Shown here piece by piece: positions 44,277 through 57,683 of a stretch of DNA of 64,000 bases. The notes under the pieces were generated by a model, which worked only from the letters and a program-made list of their open reading frames with translations, searched no databases and had not been told where the DNA came from. Origin of the DNA: Eledone cirrhosa (Eukaryota); NCBI GenBank assembly GCA_964016885.1, contig OZ024750.1, forward strand, positions 26,288,001 to 26,352,000, read 5' to 3'. A program made the position numbers and the translations under genes. Positions within the stretch are counted from its first letter, which is position 1. Every line of letters begins with the position of its first letter.

Positions 44277-45101
44277 CGGCGATGAATTAGTTTAGCGAGG
44301 ATTTTTATATGAAATCGTGTGTCGAAACAGATATTGTTATACTTGGGGAGGGTCATATTTGCGTAATATTGCCAGAATTAATGACAGAACACACTCACTG
44401 TTTGGTTGGTTTTCGCTTCTCGCTGTCTTTTATATCTGCGATCTAACTTACTCGGTCCTCAATGTTGCCATTGACTGACCGACGGTCAAAAATAATACAG
44501 ACACAATATAGACACAAACACATATATATAGTTTACATAATTTACATAAATCTTTCGTTGCACATCTGCAACATCGTCAGTGGTGTTATATTTTTTCCTC
44601 CTGTTGTGTTGTATGTCTACGCCATTTTTTACATTTTTTTTTTTATTCAGTCTGTCTATTTATTTATTTATTTATTTGCTTGTTTGTTTATTTTATTTTG
44701 TCTTCTTTGCGCATGCGTTTGCGTGTGTATATAGTGTTATGTGTGCTGTGTGACTAGTGTGTATAGTGTTGTGTCTGCTGGGTGACTAGTGTGTGTTTAT
44801 GTGCTTGTTGTTATTGTGCTTGTGTATGTATTAATTTATCTTATTTTATTTTATTTTAACTGACGATTTTGCAGATGTGCAACGAAAGATTTATGTAAAT
44901 TATGTAAACTATATATATGTGTTTGTGTCTATATTGTGTCTGTATTATTTTTGACCGTCGGTCAGTCAATGGCAACATTGAGGACCGAGTAAGTTAGATC
45001 GCAGATATAAAAGACAGCGAGAAGCGAAAACCAACCAAACAGTGAGTGTGTTCTGTTATTAATTCTGGCAATATTACGCAAATATGACCCTCCCCAAGTA
45101 T

Positions 45102-45107
<6 letters not shown>
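44275..45107. mobile_element. Fold-back element with ~250-bp arms, each holding a hammerhead core
   Basis: 44331-44581 is the reverse complement of 44859-45107. CUGACGA-u-GUUGCA-gaug-UGCAAC-GAAA at 44547-44580 (-), with a one-mismatch copy at 44860-44893 (+). Confidence 0.8.
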
Positions 45108-45165
<58 letters not shown>

Positions 45166-45171
<6 letters not shown>

Positions 45172-45525
45172 AAAAAGAGATGAAATCGAAGATGCAACTG
45201 AAGTCTTATGTTTTTAAAAAATATATATATTTATTTGGTTCCTTTACCGGTTTCGCAGTTCTTCTGCTTTTCAAAAGGTGAGTTGAGATGGAGGGTCTGT
45301 GGTTTTTCTCACAGATGTGAGAAAAACCACAGACCCTCCATCTCCACTCACCTTTTGAAAAGCAGAAGAACTGCGAAACCGGTAAAGGAACCAAATAAAT
45401 ATATATATTTTTTAAAAGCATAAGACTTCAGTTGCATTTTCGATTTCATCTCTTTTTCTTTATACTTTCACTCGTGTAGGACACCTCGGTTATTTTTCAT
45501 TTTGTAAAAAAAACCCCACTTTCTA
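45166..45525. mobile_element. Near-perfect ~300-bp palindrome with 2-nt loop plus 3' extension
   Basis: Centre ctcaca-ga-tgtgag at 45314-45315. Arms 45166-45313 and 45316-45463. (TA)n flanks. Confidence 0.85.
45351..45388 (+). ncRNA. Minimal hammerhead, U3-A8 core variant (mirror copy 45241-45278, - strand)
   Basis: CCUU-UUGAAAA-GCAG-aagaa-CUGC-GAAAC-cg-GUA/-AAGG. Confidence 0.65.
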
Positions 45526-45528
45526 ATA

Positions 45529-45561
<33 letters not shown>

Positions 45562-45562
<1 letters not shown>

Positions 45563-47126
45563 ACGAAGGAAATGTGGCAAGGAACCAGGTGGACCATAAC
45601 GCACCAAAGTACTCAATACTTAGTGTAGTAGTGTGGGTAATAGGAACGAGTAGGACTCCGACGGCTGAGCTCAAGCCGTTTCGACGGCTAATTCTGGACT
45701 AAATGAAAATTTTTATCCTGGTATATGAATAGCCGAGCTTCTTTGGGGGTAATTCCATATATGGTAAAAGTGATTGTCACAAGGATTGGTCAAAAGTTTG
45801 TTGTTGAGACACATAATTCTATCATGGCAATTTGTGGAAGGAAGGGGTAGCTGAACCTGCCAGTAGAAGAAAGAGGGAGAGAGGGTGGAGGAAACCCAGT
45901 CGTGCGTTGATAGTGCCAACTACAGCAGGGCAGGAGGTCAAGGAAGTATACTAGGGAGGAGGAGGGGGAGGAGTCGAAACAATAAGTAAAACAGTATGGG
46001 GTAAATATATAGAAAAATACCGAGAATGTTAAAAAAACAATTAAATATAAAAAAAACAATTTCTGGTTACTATTTCCTAAGGACAGCTATCAAGTCTCTC
46101 ACTGGTACTGCTGGACTAAAGAAAAGTTTACTAGGTGGGTCGGAATTATAATGAGACCCTTTTAAGAGGTAGTAGTAATCAACCGACTATATCTTACGGT
46201 GACGGGTCAACAAGTGGGGGGCCAAAATACTAAAGAAACTACCACGAAATAATAATTCTGAGTCCCGAGACTAATACGAAATAATTGTTTCTACCCTAGG
46301 CACAAGGCCAGTAACCACCCAGTGCAAAAAATAAACTAATACGAAATAATAATTCAGAATCTCGAAAAAGAATACTAATACTATCTCTAAGGGTGCCGCT
46401 ACGATACAAAAATTCTAGTGCAAACTACATAACTGCTCGTACGAAGTATATGAACAATTTGATACGGAAAATTAATTCAGAGTCGCCCCCCCCCCCCCAA
46501 AAAAAAAACTGATATACGGGAAATTAAAGCAAAGATACCACTAAGAAATGTAGAAAGCACGGAAAAGGGGCAGCCATCGGATAAGAGGCCAAGTATCCGG
46601 GGTCTATCACATCTGCTATAAAAAGCGGAGTCGGCCAATTCTATCATAGAATAGGGGAAGGGGATGGGGGTACTGAGGCTACAAAGGACCGAGGGGCTGC
46701 CTCGAGTAGGCGAGAGAGGGAAAAGGACGACGACAAAGAAAGAGGACTGGGGTGGAAGGACTAAGGAAGGGATGGGGGGAAGGAAATATAGAGGAAACGA
46801 TAAAAAGATATAAAAGAAGATCTTATGTCTACCTTTGCAGGCAGGGGTTACCCATTACAAAGTCGGCAAGTGGGGTGTTACAGCCCTTGTCTACCCCTTC
46901 CCCCCCGGTCATTATGGGGTTTCAGGGCGAGGTAAGTCCTACGCCATGATAGAATTATGTGTCTCAACAACAAACTTTTGACCAATCCTTGTGACAATCA
47001 CTTTTACCATATATGGAATTAACCCCTGAGAAGCTCGGCTATTCATATACCAGGATAAAAATTTTCATTTAGTCCAGAATTAGCCGTCGAAACGGCTTGA
47101 GCTCAGCCGTCGGGGTCCTACTCGTT

Positions 47127-47130
<4 letters not shown>
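45562..47130. mobile_element. Non-coding PLE-like element with ~190-bp inverted termini
   Basis: 45640-45828 is the reverse complement of 46942-47130. Hammerhead-like fold at 47022-47116. (TA)n flanks. Confidence 0.75.
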
Positions 47131-47184
<54 letters not shown>

Positions 47185-47191
<7 letters not shown>

Positions 47192-48456
47192 TATGAAGAG
47201 AGAAGAAACGTTTAGATATAATTAGTAATAAGATGTATCATACCTAAACTGCTTCTAGGTTCCTCGACTACGTAGTTTCCTGGCATAATCAAAAACAATA
47301 CATCATAGAGATATAGAGCTTTTGTGAAGTCTGCCGACTTATCAAGAGGATACCTCATTTTACTAGCTTCAAAGAGCACGTCTATAAGATGTGAGATAGA
47401 ATCCCAAAAGGCGGAAGGGTAGTCAATCACGTGATACGACGGTCAAGAAACAGACCTAAGCCCTTTATAACCCTGAAAAAATACCACGGAGGCGGAGGGG
47501 GTATTCATATCGAGGCCGTAGAAGAGGTGGTTAAGGGGGCAAGAAGTATGAGTAATTAAAATTATAACATCAATATAATTAAGAGATAGAGTATAATGAA
47601 GAATCTGGCATGTTAAACAAACTGATATGATAAAGATGTATGGAATTGACATGTGAAAACTGCTATAGGGTACATTAGATATAGTGTTAAGGTGGCGACG
47701 AGATAACAGTAACCACAAAAATATACTTAGAGACAGGATTTATGAGGTATCTACTATGCTGTAGGTATTCTGGCAATAAACTGGAGATTTACTTATTATT
47801 TGACAGATACACATTTTCGTTTTATTAATTTAGTGAGGATGATAGTTTTTATGTGGTGTTAAATGGAGTTGTAGATTCGTTATTTAAGTAGTCTATACTA
47901 AAGGTAGGGATTGTTAGTTCGAATCATGGGGCTTTAGTTTTCACAGCATCAATAACAAATTGTGTATAAATAAGACAGTAATACCAACAATAATAGAAAC
48001 AATAAAGGTAATAAAATAGTAAAATATGCATGGTAGATATAAGGAACATGATGAATAATATTAGGGATACATTGAGGTGTTCATAATAATAATAAGAATA
48101 AAAAGAGGAAAGTAAGATTTCAAGGAGTGTAGGAGTAATAAGATAATGTACTTAGGATTAGGTTCATCTGTTAGAGATCATGAGTGCTAATGAGAGATAT
48201 AATTGTTTGGTCCGAAGGAGTGAGTAACAGGGAAGTTGGGATTGATTTATGGGCTGATAAGATAGTTGTAGACATTACTGATACATCCCACTGGTATAGA
48301 ATTAAGGAGGCTATAAAGTGTTTATAGAAGATTATGATTCTGTAGTGGGCTGTGTGAGAAGGCAGATTTCATATGTTAAAAGCTAAGTGATATTGGTTCG
48401 AATCACGGTGGTTTAAATCTCGCGAATTTTGTAGCAATCCTATGTCTGCAGACATA
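47185..48456 (-). mobile_element. 5'-truncated PLE starting at the endonuclease C-terminus
   Basis: The - strand begins [16 protein letters not shown], followed by a long 3' region with a hammerhead. (TA)n flanks. Confidence 0.65.
47261..47350 (-). ncRNA. Hammerhead, U3-A8 core variant, extended stem II
   Basis: UCCUC-UUGAUAA-gucGGCA..(~45 nt)..UGCCag-GAAAC-uacgua-GUC/-GAGGA. Confidence 0.65.
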
Positions 48457-48465
48457 TATATATGT

Positions 48466-48521
<56 letters not shown>

Positions 48522-48555
48522 TGCAGACATATATATATATATATATATGTCTGTA

Positions 48556-48667
<112 letters not shown>

Positions 48668-48708
48668 TATATACATATACACATATACATATACATATAT
48701 ATATATAC

Positions 48709-48761
<53 letters not shown>

Positions 48762-48767
48762 TATATA

Positions 48768-48801
<34 letters not shown>

Positions 48802-48807
<6 letters not shown>

Positions 48808-49100
48808 ATTAAATAAATGGAAAACTATATTTATAAAACCATATTTATTTCATTATATATATTTCGGGGATATCATATTAACAATATGCTATGCCTTCAT
48901 CAGACAAAATACAATATATTGTATTTTGTCTGATGAAGGCATAGCATATTGTTAATATGATATCCCCGAAATATATATAATGAAATAAATATGGTTTTAT
49001 AAATATAGTTTTCCATTTATTTAATATTGTAAATATACTCCAAATATTTGTCGAGTGCTTTTATATCAGTTATAAATATTTACTAGTTGTAACCCAACAA
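48802..49100. mobile_element. Spacer-less 230-bp palindrome of two back-to-back hammerheads plus 3' extension
   Basis: Centre acaata|tattgt at 48916/48917, arms 48802-49031. HHR at 48922-48987 (+) and 48846-48911 (-). Same family as the end of 22276-24431. Confidence 0.85.
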
Positions 49101-49116
49101 TTTTTAAATATAACTC

Positions 49117-49347
<231 letters not shown>

Positions 49348-49695
49348 TATATTATATTTTGAGAATAAACTCTCAGTCATTTACAATAATCCAGCTCCAA
49401 GAAAAGGGGCATTTCCGAGCAGTTAAATACATTAAAATATATGATAAACACAAAACGTGTTTGCATTGTAACAGACAAAGTTAGCTATTAATGAAATAAA
49501 CTAATTAAAGTGAATACAATGTGTCTGTCTCGATATAAGTCAATAAAGACAAGCTTATATTGGCAAAGGCCATGGTTCCTGGACAAATTTAAATTTCAAA
49601 ATCCAAACCTGCTCCGTAGATGAATTTGAACCTCGAAACCCAAATCCGTTTCGCAACGGTGGTACGTGAATTGAAAAATAAAGAGAATCGAAATG

Positions 49696-49736
<41 letters not shown>

Positions 49737-49737
<1 letters not shown>

Positions 49738-49940
49738 GGAAATCAGTAAAATCGAATTTCTGGCGGTTTGCAAGTAAATTTGGCCTACTTATATGAAATG
49801 ATGAGTTAGCAAAGCACTCGATAAGATAGGATCTCAGAGTAATAACATACGTTTAAATAGCTTGACAAATCGAACATTGTGGTAGGCGAAACTAACACAC
49901 AATACATACCAAAGTAACGATAGAACTAATCAGGTTGAGA
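49737..49940. repeat. ~200-bp dispersed repeat (second copy 57710-57910)
   Basis: ggaaatcagtaaaatcgaat...gatagaactaatcaggttgag. Both copies follow (TA)n. Confidence 0.8.
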
Positions 49941-50026
49941 ATAGTACTAATCAGGACGCCGCCGATCCGTCGTCCGTCTTCCAAGTTAGTTTTACTTGTA
50001 GACGGCGTGTATATATATATATATAT

Positions 50027-50788
50027 ATGAATAAATTTAGTCCTTCATCAGTGATCTTCCAGCCCTCATTGATATTTCATCGCTTTAAAGACCATATACC
50101 TCTGGTTGGTGCGAGCAACGGCTAAAGAAAGTCGTTGGGACACGTAAATAGGGGGAACGAGCGAGACAGTAAACAAACAAATAAGTAATGCAACGAAAAG
50201 TGTGGAAGAAGGAGTCAAGTCGCTGAAATCGATGAACATAAGTTCTGTGAAATCGTAGACGAGAGAGAATAAAGACCATCCGACCTGATCGAAAGGTGAG
50301 TGAGGAAAGAATTTCGCACAGGTCAAACGGGAGGAAGTAGGAGAGGGATTAGCAGAGAGTGAGTGAGTGAAAGTGTGTGGAAGAGGCTAACAGAGAGGGA
50401 GACTGGCAGAGGGGGTAAAAGGAAGTGAGAGATATAGAGAAAGTGGAAGCAGTAAGAAAGAAACAGACGGGTCACAGCGGAGGAAAATATATAAATATAT
50501 GAAAAATATGCAACATGGCGAGCTACGTGGTTGCAAACGGGATACATATGAATAAATTTAGTCCTTCATCTGTGATTTTCCAGCCTTCATTGGTATTTCA
50601 TCGCTTTAAAGACAATATACCTCTGGTTGGTGCGAGCAACGGCTAAAGAAAGTCGTTGGGACACGTAAATAGGGAGAACGAGCGAGACAGTAAACAAACA
50701 AAGATGGTAATGCAACGAAAAGTGAGGAAGAAGGAGTCAAGTCCCTGAAATCGATGAACATAAGTTCTGTGAAATGGTAGACGAGAGA

Positions 50789-50836
<48 letters not shown>

Positions 50837-51090
50837 TCGATTTTTTATATAGTTAATTATGCTAATTGGCAGAAGAAATAGTATATATTTTATCTTGTGA
50901 TTCTATAGACATGTTTTATGATATATAGCTCTGATTGTTTAATTTATTAATTTTTCATTGAGCCACGTAAATAGGGAGAACGAGCGAGACAGTAAACAAA
51001 CAAAGATGGTAATGCAACGAAAAGTGAGGAAGAAGGAGTCAAGTCCCTGAAATCGATGAACATAAGTTCTGTGAAATGGTAGACGAGAGA

Positions 51091-51162
<72 letters not shown>

Positions 51163-51290
51163 TCGATTTTTTATATAGTTAATTATGCTAATTGGGAGAG
51201 GAAATAGTATATATTTTATCTTGTGATTCTATAGACATGTTTTATGATATATAGCTCTGATTGTTTAATGTATTAATTTTTCATTGAGCC
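50027..51290 (-). mobile_element. Tandem units of the 1432-2792 family plus a local ~320-bp duplication
   Basis: gtccttcatcagtga...catcgctttaa...ggttggtgcga...gtcgttgggacacgtaaa at 50040 and 50561. 50662-50962 is repeated at 50963-51290. Confidence 0.7.
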
Positions 51291-51550
51291 AAAAAGTGAC
51301 CAGTTGCAAAACACGTATATGTATGTGTATGTATATATATATGTAAACTTTTATATGTAATAATCTCTCACTAGGTTGAGATACACATTTGGCTGTATTG
51401 GGCTGTGCTTTCTAGCAAAAATGCCACCAGTCGTAAGCAACTACCACACCTCTTCCAACTTGACTGCGACTACGTCACGATTTTTAGCCATTTTGAAATG
51501 AATTCTTGGCGCGATCGTTTTGGAAAATTTAATGTCTAGATATGAGCGAG

Positions 51551-51636
51551 CTTCCTGAAGAATCCGGCGCTCGAGTTTATCTAATTATTACATAATTATT
51601 GGATAACTCCAAACACGGACGAAACCATGGTAGAGG
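51551..51636 (+). ncRNA. Hammerhead ribozyme with extended stem II
   Basis: CUUC-CUGAAGA-a-UCCG..gaguuuaucu..ggauaacuc..CGGA-c-GAAAC-caug-GUA/-GAGG. Confidence 0.75.
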
Positions 51637-51902
51637 TTTTAAGTGTATTCTATTTTCTCCTAGTTTATTTTAAACCTAATTCTGCTTAGTTGACTGTATC
51701 TAGGCGATTACGCTGTCGAAATATTCAATAAATATTCCACTACGGCCGACGCGAAGCGCTAGTTTTGGTTATTTGTTGGAGATTCCTTCATAGAAGCCTC
51801 ATTCGTATAGCCTGGCCTATTCGATTTTTTATATAGTTAATTATGCTAATTGGGAGAGGAAATAGTATATATTTTATCTTGTGATTCTATAGACATGTTT
51901 TA

Positions 51903-52020
<118 letters not shown>

Positions 52021-53087
52021 TAAAATAACAGATTAAAGTTTAAGCAAAGAATCGCTGCTTTCACTCTTAACGGGATCTTCTGAAACTAACATAGTCAATT
52101 TGTGAACGCAGAAGTGAATATTTCAAAAAATGTTGCAACCGGAGAAAGACAGGAAGACGATACTTTGGTTCTTGGAAACGTTCCCTGGCAAAGAACGGGA
52201 AAAAACGAATATAATACGTCATTATTTGGCGCGGTGAAAAACAATTACACGCAAAGACAAAACCACGTTTATGGTATATAAGAAATCGTAGACTAATATT
52301 CTATTAGGTGGTTCATAGAGACGTTCTCTGGTAATGAACGAAAAAAAACGAAGATAATACGTCATATGTGGATCGTAGAGAACAATTGCACGCAAAAACA
52401 AAACCACGTAAATGGTATAACAGAAGTCGTAGACTAAAATTCTAACTAGGAAACCGAATGATTCTCGGCTTCAAAGTTAAGAATAAAGTAAATAAAAGAG
52501 AGGTAATTGAAATTAAACAAATACATACACGCATCCATATACGTACATACACAAGCATACGCGAAAACACTTGCCATAGGTATACAAATACACGCACATA
52601 TATATGTGTGTGTGTGTGTGTGTGTGCGTGTATATAAATAATTAAATAAACGTATATAAATAAATAAATACGTATATAACAAGCGCACACACAAACCTAC
52701 ATGTAAATACACATATGTTCGGGGACGAACGTCAAACAAAATACGAAGTACACATATACACACACCCTACATACGTACGAACCCGCACACTCACACAGAC
52801 GCAAAACTCACGTATACACATAATCAAACGCATATGTACCAGAATATAAAAAATATACGCCATAAAATATACAATCAAATATACGTACGAAAAGTATACG
52901 TACCTTCACAAAACATACAGGTAATATATACTTACCTATAAATATAAGTAATGGTATAAACATAAAATACTTAGCTACCACATCAGGACGTAAAATATCT
53001 GATATGCAAATTAGGCTGCTCAGCCGTTAATATGCATCAGGAAAGTATATACTTTCAAACGTTCAATCAACTGACAGGAAGGTATAT

Positions 53088-53126
53088 GGTGCTGATGACA
53101 GCTAATCAGCTAGAAACTAGTTCATC
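53088..53126 (+). ncRNA. Minimal hammerhead ribozyme
   Basis: GGUG-CUGAUGA-c-AGCU-aauc-AGCU-a-GAAAC-ua-GUU/-CAUC. Confidence 0.7.
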
Positions 53127-53455
53127 GTTCCTTTTGTCAGTGTTGAACAAAATGGCAACGATGGTTGCCGAACACTGTACGGCTAATAATTCTGGCTGTT
53201 TGTTTATAAATAAACCGAGCATTATAATAAATGTTCGGTAAACCCATACGTACATATATATATGTGTGCATGTATGTATATACATACTACTGTACGTCTG
53301 TATACATATATGTATGTACGTATACATACTTATATTTAAGTATCAGCCGTACTAAGAGTCTTTCAACGCCGTACGCTTCAAATATTCTTGATAAGAAGTT
53401 TTTACAACCTCTAATCGTATTATCTTTAACGATATCTTGTTATACTATATATATG

Positions 53456-53491
<36 letters not shown>

Positions 53492-53513
53492 TATAGATAT
53501 ATATATATTTATA

Positions 53514-53587
<74 letters not shown>

Positions 53588-54083
53588 CTAGGATAACAGT
53601 TTTTCGAATATTAATAACATTCGATTCGCTTGCAATTATGCAAACAAGCCTCAATTTTACAGCCATGTCACTAGAATGAACACTTCATTCTTGCTCCTGT
53701 GTTGGTAGACAGTAATGTTTCTGGCTATCACCCTTCATCAGTACAGCCCACTGTTCCCCTGCAAAACCGCCAGAGCCAGTGAAAAGATATGCTATTTTCA
53801 AAAATACACAGTGACTCATTAGCCTGATTTGCATATCAGCAGACTGGCTGATCAGTCAGTTTCCTGTATACGAGCGATAAATGGCCGGCTTTGCCAAATT
53901 TAAATAAAGAGACAATTTATATATACAAATATATACACAATAAAGCCTGCAGCTCCACACTTTTTCGCTGTCTCCTCTCACTCTCTCTATGTCCCTCTTC
54001 CAATCTACTCACTTACCACCACTGTCTCTCTCTCTCTATCTTTCACTCTCTCTCGTGTGTGCGGGTGTGTGGTGGGTGCAGGT

Positions 54084-54162
<79 letters not shown>

Positions 54163-54217
54163 CGCGTGTGTGTTTGTATATATGATGTTTAATATAGAAA
54201 TCTTATATATATTTCAG

Positions 54218-54352
54218 AATGCCGAATAGGAAAGTTTGGTGTTAATTGTACTGGGACATGCCATTGTATCAACAACACAAACTGTGACCATCGAAATGGA
54301 AGATGTTCAGATGGATGTACTGCAGGTTATGTTGGTGACAATTGCCAAGAAA
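54218..54352 (+). CDS. EGF-like exon 2 (135 nt, phase 1-1)
   Basis: tttcAG / GTATAT. (E)CRIGKFGVNCTGTCHCINNTNCDHRNGRCSDGCTAGYVGDNCQE. Confidence 0.88.
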
Positions 54353-54379
54353 GTATATCATAAACTTGTTACGTATATA

Positions 54380-54479
<100 letters not shown>

Positions 54480-54530
54480 GCACGCACACACACAGACATA
54501 CACACACATACACACACACACACACACACT

Positions 54531-54561
<31 letters not shown>

Positions 54562-54835
54562 TGCGGCACTGGCGCACGGAATAGTGTGCCCACTGTCGCC
54601 ATTGAAATATGTATCACAGCATTAATATTAAAGGACTTTAACATCTGAAACTACTTATTCGATATTTACTCCGTCACTCCTATGTGGAATAAGTACGTTT
54701 AATGCTTCAATTGAATTACATCAATATTTACCTTAAGTATGTATATATACTTGCTTGTTTTCATAATTCCAAGCGAATCGAATGCTATTAATATTCGAAA
54801 AAACTCAGATTCCATTTATACACACACACACACAG

Positions 54836-54909
<74 letters not shown>

Positions 54910-54910
<1 letters not shown>

Positions 54911-57683
54911 AATGGGCCTGAACTATGCCAACCTTTTTGTTGGCCATGTTGAGGCCCAAATCTTTGCCCAGTACACCGGCCCCACGCCCGAACTGTACGG
55001 TCGTTACATTGACGACTGTATCGGAGCCACGACCCTCACCCGAGAACAGCTCAACTCCTTTCTCTCCTTCTTTTGCTCCTTCCACCCCTCCCTCCACTTC
55101 ACCACCTCTATCTCCACCACCCACGTCCACTTCTTAGACATCTCCGTCGCCTTCGACCCCTCCCACCACTCCCTCGTCACCTCCGCCTTCTTCAAACCCA
55201 CCGACTCCCACTCTTACCTCGACTTCACCTCTTCCCACCACACCCACACTAAACACTCCATTCCCTACTCCCAACTTCTCAGGATCCGCCGCCTCTGTAG
55301 CCGTGATGCTGACTTTGAGTCCCAGGCCCTTTCCCTAGTCAGCGATTTCATCCGCAGAGGTTACCCCCCTCTCTCGTCCACACCGCTCTCACCCGCGCCC
55401 GTGCTGTCCCCCGCTCCACCACCCTCACCCCACGCCACCGCACACCCACCCACCGTCTCCCCTTCCCCATCACCGACCACCCCTCCACCTTACCCCTCCA
55501 CCGCACCATCCGCCGCCTCTTCCGACGCCTCCAGTCCGACCCCTCCACCTCCCACATCTTCCCAACCCCACCACTCCCCTCCTTCAAACGCGCACGCAAT
55601 CTCCGCACCCTCCTCGACCACAGCTCCCTACCCCCAAACCCACGCTCTGTTTCCCCCCCGGTTCCTTTCCCTGTTCTAGGCCCCGCTGCAACACCTGTCC
55701 CCACATCACCAACACCACCACCTTCCAGGGTCCCAACGGCCACTCTCTCTCGGTCCGGCATGCCTTCCGCTGCACCTCCTCCAACCTAGTCTACGGACTT
55801 ATGTCGGACAGACGGGACGTCGCCTGGCGGACCGAGTCACGGAGCAACTCCGGGATATTCGTCTCGGGGGCAGTTCCCCCATCGCCCGCCACTTTGGTGG
55901 CCCTGGACATTCCGCACGCCATCTCACAGTCTGTGGCCTACTCCAGTGCCACGGAACCCCCGCCAATCGCCTTACGGTCGAACAACGAACTATCTTCATC
56001 TTACAGACCCACACTCCCCCCGGCCTGAACTCCCCACCCTTATTCCTTTAGCCTTCGACCGCCCCCCTCCCCCCACACTTATCCCCCACTAACACCACTA
56101 ACACACGCCTCCTTTTCACCGCCCACCCCACAACGAACAATACTAACACCTCCACTCCACCCCTCATCTGACCACCCTTCCACAACTAACATACTAACAT
56201 CCCTTCCCTCCCCTCTTCTCCTCCTCCCTCCTCCTTATCACACGCACACACCCACCGGCACATATATACACGCGCTCACACTAAACACACACCCTACTAC
56301 CACCACTAACCCTCACCCCCACACCTCTCACCCCCACACCTCCATCCCACCACCCCGCAACTAACCTCACTAACACCCCCTGACCCCAAACACACGAACA
56401 CACGCACCCACTTACACCACCCACCCTACACGCAACTAACATCACTAACACCCCCCAACCCCACGCACACGTACCCACACACCCTCGTACACCACCAACT
56501 CTACACAACCTACCACCACTAACCCCCACTCACACCTGCATTCACCCCCTCCCCACCTCCCGTACACTAACACCCACTAACACCTCTTCATCAAACTACA
56601 CACACACCAGTACACCACACTCCCTCCATAGAACCACACACACCCTTCTCTCCCCGCTCCACCCACACCCTCGCTCCACACTCACTCATCCCACTAACAC
56701 CCCTACTAATGCACACACACACACCCTCCTCATTCCAACTTTCACACCTACCCATCCTCGCCCCTTTACCATTCCACCGACTGCTGCTATGCCCTCTGGC
56801 CACCTCCCAGCACAAACAGACCACAGCACTCCCACTGCTGACCACTTCCTGTTGCGCGCGCACCCCACATCTCTCCTTTTCCGACCATCGCTTCATGGAA
56901 TACCCACACGCAGAAATTGACCAACCACCAATCCACTAAACATCTTCGGAATTTACCAACTTTTCAACCATCCTCTTACGTAATCACCTATATAACTCAC
57001 CCACACACACACCCCCAAACATTTTTTTCCTCCACACGCCACCTACACCCACAACACGCTTAAACCCCACACACACGTGCTTTCCACCACATATCTACAC
57101 CCTCTGCCTCCTGATTCCTCTCCCCCCCACCCCTCTATCCACACACGCACAGACACTCCGACCCCCCCCCCCCCACACACACCTCTTCCTGAACATGCAA
57201 CCCCGTTCTTCCCCCAACCCTTACTTTCACATACACACACACACACACACACGCACACCTACACACACACACCACCTTCAGCCCTCCCCGCTCGGACACC
57301 CCGTCTCCCTCTCACCACTCCACCCGCCACCACCCCTACACACCCCACACCCTTCCACCACCTGTTTAACCCCCTTTTATTTTCAGTTTATTTTGATCAT
57401 GCCTTTATTTTTAAATTTTCTCATTCCTTGTATTTTGATCATGCTTTATTTTTATTTTTTATCTTTATTTGTTTTTTATCATTCGCACCGTTTCCTTTCG
57501 CTATATGTCTCTCCACCACTCCCCTACACACCCTTTGAACTCTGTTCCCACACACTTCCCACCTGAGGAAGGGCTTATGCCCGAAACGTCGTCCCCCACC
57601 AACACCCCACTCTCCAGAGCGTGAAATTAATAAACATTTGTTGTACTGCCTCTCTGTTTTGTCCCTGTTCAAATTTTTCCATT
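54910..57683 (+). mobile_element. 5'-truncated Penelope-like element (Neptune-like) in (TA)n
   Basis: MGLNYANLFVG, YGRYIDD, HFLDI, KPTDSHSYLDFTSSH, IPYSQLLRIRR, then frameshifted RCNTCPHI, CTSSNLVY, YVGQTGR. Long C/A-rich 3' region, HHR core CTGAGGA-a-gggc-ttat-gccc-GAAAC at 57563-57587, then AATAAA. Confidence 0.9.

Noticed and set aside
44318-44342. gtcGAAACagatattgtta as a ribozyme half
   Set aside because: It is the antisense of the family's 3' terminus and extension; no paired stem II or core upstream.
43602-45525. Classification of the palindromes as DNA-transposon MITEs or as rho-independent terminators
   Set aside because: Arms are asymmetric, contain hammerhead motifs and resemble PLE 3' ends; no diagnostic TIR or TSD; terminators do not apply to this animal sequence.
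49797-49835. tgatgagt...actcgata hammerhead-like motif (also ~57770)
   Set aside because: C3 is missing, GAAA reads GATA in both copies, and stems I and III are not evident.
55370-55679. Pro/Ser/Thr-rich mucin-like C-terminus of ORF 54912-55679
   Set aside because: Frameshifted reading of the C-rich PLE linker region.
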